Of a stretch of DNA of 64,000 nucleotides, positions 61,701 to 64,000 are shown in pieces. The stretch is from Calcarisporiella thermophila CBS 279.70 (lineage: Eukaryota > Fungi > Calcarisporiellomycota). The position numbers and the translations under genes are program-made. The notes under the pieces are model-generated. The model did no database searches. It had not been told where the DNA came from and saw only the letters and a list, made by a program, of their open reading frames with translations. Position 1 is the first letter of the stretch. Each line of letters opens with the position of its first letter. Where the stretch lies: NCBI RefSeq assembly GCF_041956535.1, contig NW_027192193.1, positions 450,235-514,234 of the forward strand. The letters are read 5' to 3'.

Positions 61701-64000
61701 GTATTGGGTAATTCGCTTTTGCTTGCGGAATCCTGCCTGGAACTCTCGTATCTCTTTCTGTAATGCACTAATCTTTCCACCATCAAATTCAATCGCTCTC
61801 CAACGCGTGAAGCAAGTCCAAGGAGAAACACCAGTAGCGCATCTCCATTATAAACGAATTGCTCAGGCAACACACTTAGCATCTCCATCATACCACTCTG
61901 ACCCTTAAGCCAAACATGCGTTACCAATAGCCAGAGCGAGGCAAGATAGCGCTGTACGGTGGCACGGCTCTGCAGAGACTCGTCACGAATCGGCTTCATT
62001 AATGTCTGCAAAACACCAATGACCCCCATGTTCCGGTGGTATGACGATACAGGATCAATCCAGGGCGTAATCCCATTTAATTTCTCAACCACGGTTAATA
62101 GAAGATCATGATTGGATTTTTTGAGTGTAAATGCAAGCGCCAAAGGTGACTTAATGATGGTGGAAAGTAGGGTGAGTGCGTACTGTCGACAGGCTCCATT
62201 TTTTTCACTTATGATGGAAAAGAGAGTAGGCATTGCCTCCAGTCGAATAAACCCCGAAACAACCGCCTAGAGACAAAAATATCAATAATAAATAAAATGG
62301 TGTATTAGATAAGTGAAATTACCTGTTTTCCAATGTTAAACGTGGTTAATTCATTGAGAAGGCATAGAAGAGCACTGGCTTGGCCCGAATCGATATCACC
62401 GTTCACAACGCCACCAACAAGCTGGTCAATACAGCTTATCGAGTAGAGATGATAGGTGAGGAGGGCTATCAGATGGGAAGGATGGAAGTGTTCATCCTCT
62501 TGTTCCTGTCGAGTATGTCTGAAGCGCGGAACAAGGATGTCAGAAAGAGGCCTCTGCCATCCACGGAGTAATGCTTGAGGCTCGAACTTTTCTCTGGGTG
62601 TCGCCTCTTCCGCCACCCCTTCACAAGTTTCTAAAGAGTGACTGAGGCTATTGCGCCAAGCATCGAAGGGGCCTTGGGCAGTACGCACACTTCGTACATC
62701 AAACGCAAGCATTTTTCTATGATTTGATCCTAGCAATGCTTGAGTCAGGGCGGAGAGTAAACTCTCATCCTTACGATAATTGGAATGATAAAGCTCGTCC
62801 AGAAGGAAAGTCATCCCTGAACCTGAAGAAAGAGTCACTGTGAACAGTCGAGTAACTGCATTGACTAAGCAGTTGAACGTTTTGCTAGATTCCTTCAAGG
62901 GCTTTAGTGAAAATATCCTGGTGATATGGTGGAACAAGCACTTATGTTTCATGATAATAAAGCCTGATTGGTGAAGGCTCATTGTCTCTTCCTCTAGGAG
63001 ATATTCGGAACTGTTGCTGTGTGGTTTGCGAGGTGTAGACAAAAGCCAAGCTATGTCAAGTATAGCGCTGGAAACCTGCTGAAATGCTTCATGGTTCATT
63101 AAAGACTTTTCATCCGAACAGCGTGCCAATTCTGTGGCCGATTCTTCAACTTGAGCGCAAGCTTCGAGGAGTCGAACTAATTGAACAAGTTGCATCAAGA
63201 GTAACCCAATCCTTGCTGGACAGGCTGATTGATATACTAAAGGTAGTATGAGGGATTGATACAATGAAAGCTTAGCCTGGTCAGAAGCAGGCTTTCCCGC
63301 ACTTGCACTATTCCATCCAAGAATATACTCAAGGATACAGGGTTGGACCGTGGTGCCCACAATACACTTCAATATACGAAATTTCATAAGGGAAGTTATA
63401 TGCTCAATGGTAAGCAACTCAACCACCGAGTCAATTATACCTCGATCCTATGTAAAATAGAAATAAGATTAGAATCAGCTACATATCAGGGGAACATATG
63501 TATAGAAACTTGCAATAAAGATTTTGGCAAAATTCTCATCTACTTCGCAGCACTTTATTATTAGGTTTAATCCGCTTGTCAGTGTCCGAAAATTACTCTA
63601 GAAAAATCGTATTGTTAACACAGACCCTATACTATAAAATATCAATATATACCCTTGTATTTTTCAATTTAAGAGAAAAACTAATTCCATTGGCGATGCC
63701 ATTCAGGATATCTGAAAGAAAAATAAGTGTATTAGATACACTTAGGTTGCACACGATGAACTTCGACTAACCTTTGACATCTATATGCAGAGATCTCGCC
63801 CAAGTAAACCCCATAGCCAAAACGCCAAAAATTTCATCCATATAAAGAATGACCTGTGCATTGTATTTATATCGTTCTTCGTCTTTTGAGAATGGTGCAT
63901 GTTGATGAAGAAGGGAATTCAAGAACGCTACACGTTCACAGAGTCGTCTCCAATCGTCTTCCTTAGCCTTGTGCGTCTCAATATTAAATGGTAATGAGCA
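58759..64000 (-). CDS. Virilizer/VIRMA homolog (m6A writer complex scaffold); 5' end lies outside the window
   Basis: Long helical-repeat exons followed by RKANTSRPPSVHVDDF, matching the conserved virilizer NTSRPPSxHVDDF motif, then a Pro/Gly/Met-rich low-complexity tail. Confidence 0.85.

Noticed and set aside
1-64000. Intact transposons, CRISPR arrays, rRNA or tRNA genes
   Set aside because: No transposase or reverse-transcriptase motifs, regularly spaced repeats, or rRNA/tRNA sequences were recognised.

Overview
Gene-dense, intron-rich eukaryotic DNA (short GT-AG introns, AT-rich intergenic regions). The gene set fits an early-diverging fungus, probably Mucoromycota-like (inference). I reconstructed about 27 protein genes by hand: WBP2-like, LSM12, PHF14-like, a C2H2 protein, BRD8-like, SDF2, a GT15 mannosyltransferase, glucosidase II beta, YND1-type apyrase, OSH1/2-type ORP, mL58, CYSTM, a Kelch membrane protein, a GPI protein, GCP3-like, SETD4-like, an F-box/TPR/EF-hand protein, a TlpA-like thioredoxin, RPS12, a Zn2Cys6 factor, SRF1-like, PacC/Rim101, a cytochrome P450, the 3' part of a virilizer (VIRMA) homolog and three orphan secreted proteins. 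Main unannotated signals: (1) a SNORD100-like box C/D snoRNA in a 3'-UTR intron of RPS12, the same host gene as in humans; (2) a secreted Kex2-type precursor ending in a Trp/Arg/His-rich cationic peptide, located between PacC and a P450; (3) four adjacent secretory-glycosylation genes; (4) a 21-nt symmetric micro-exon carrying a whole CxxC active site; (5) clustered PacC sites upstream of pacC. Exon structures were read by eye and family calls rest on recalled motifs, not database searches.
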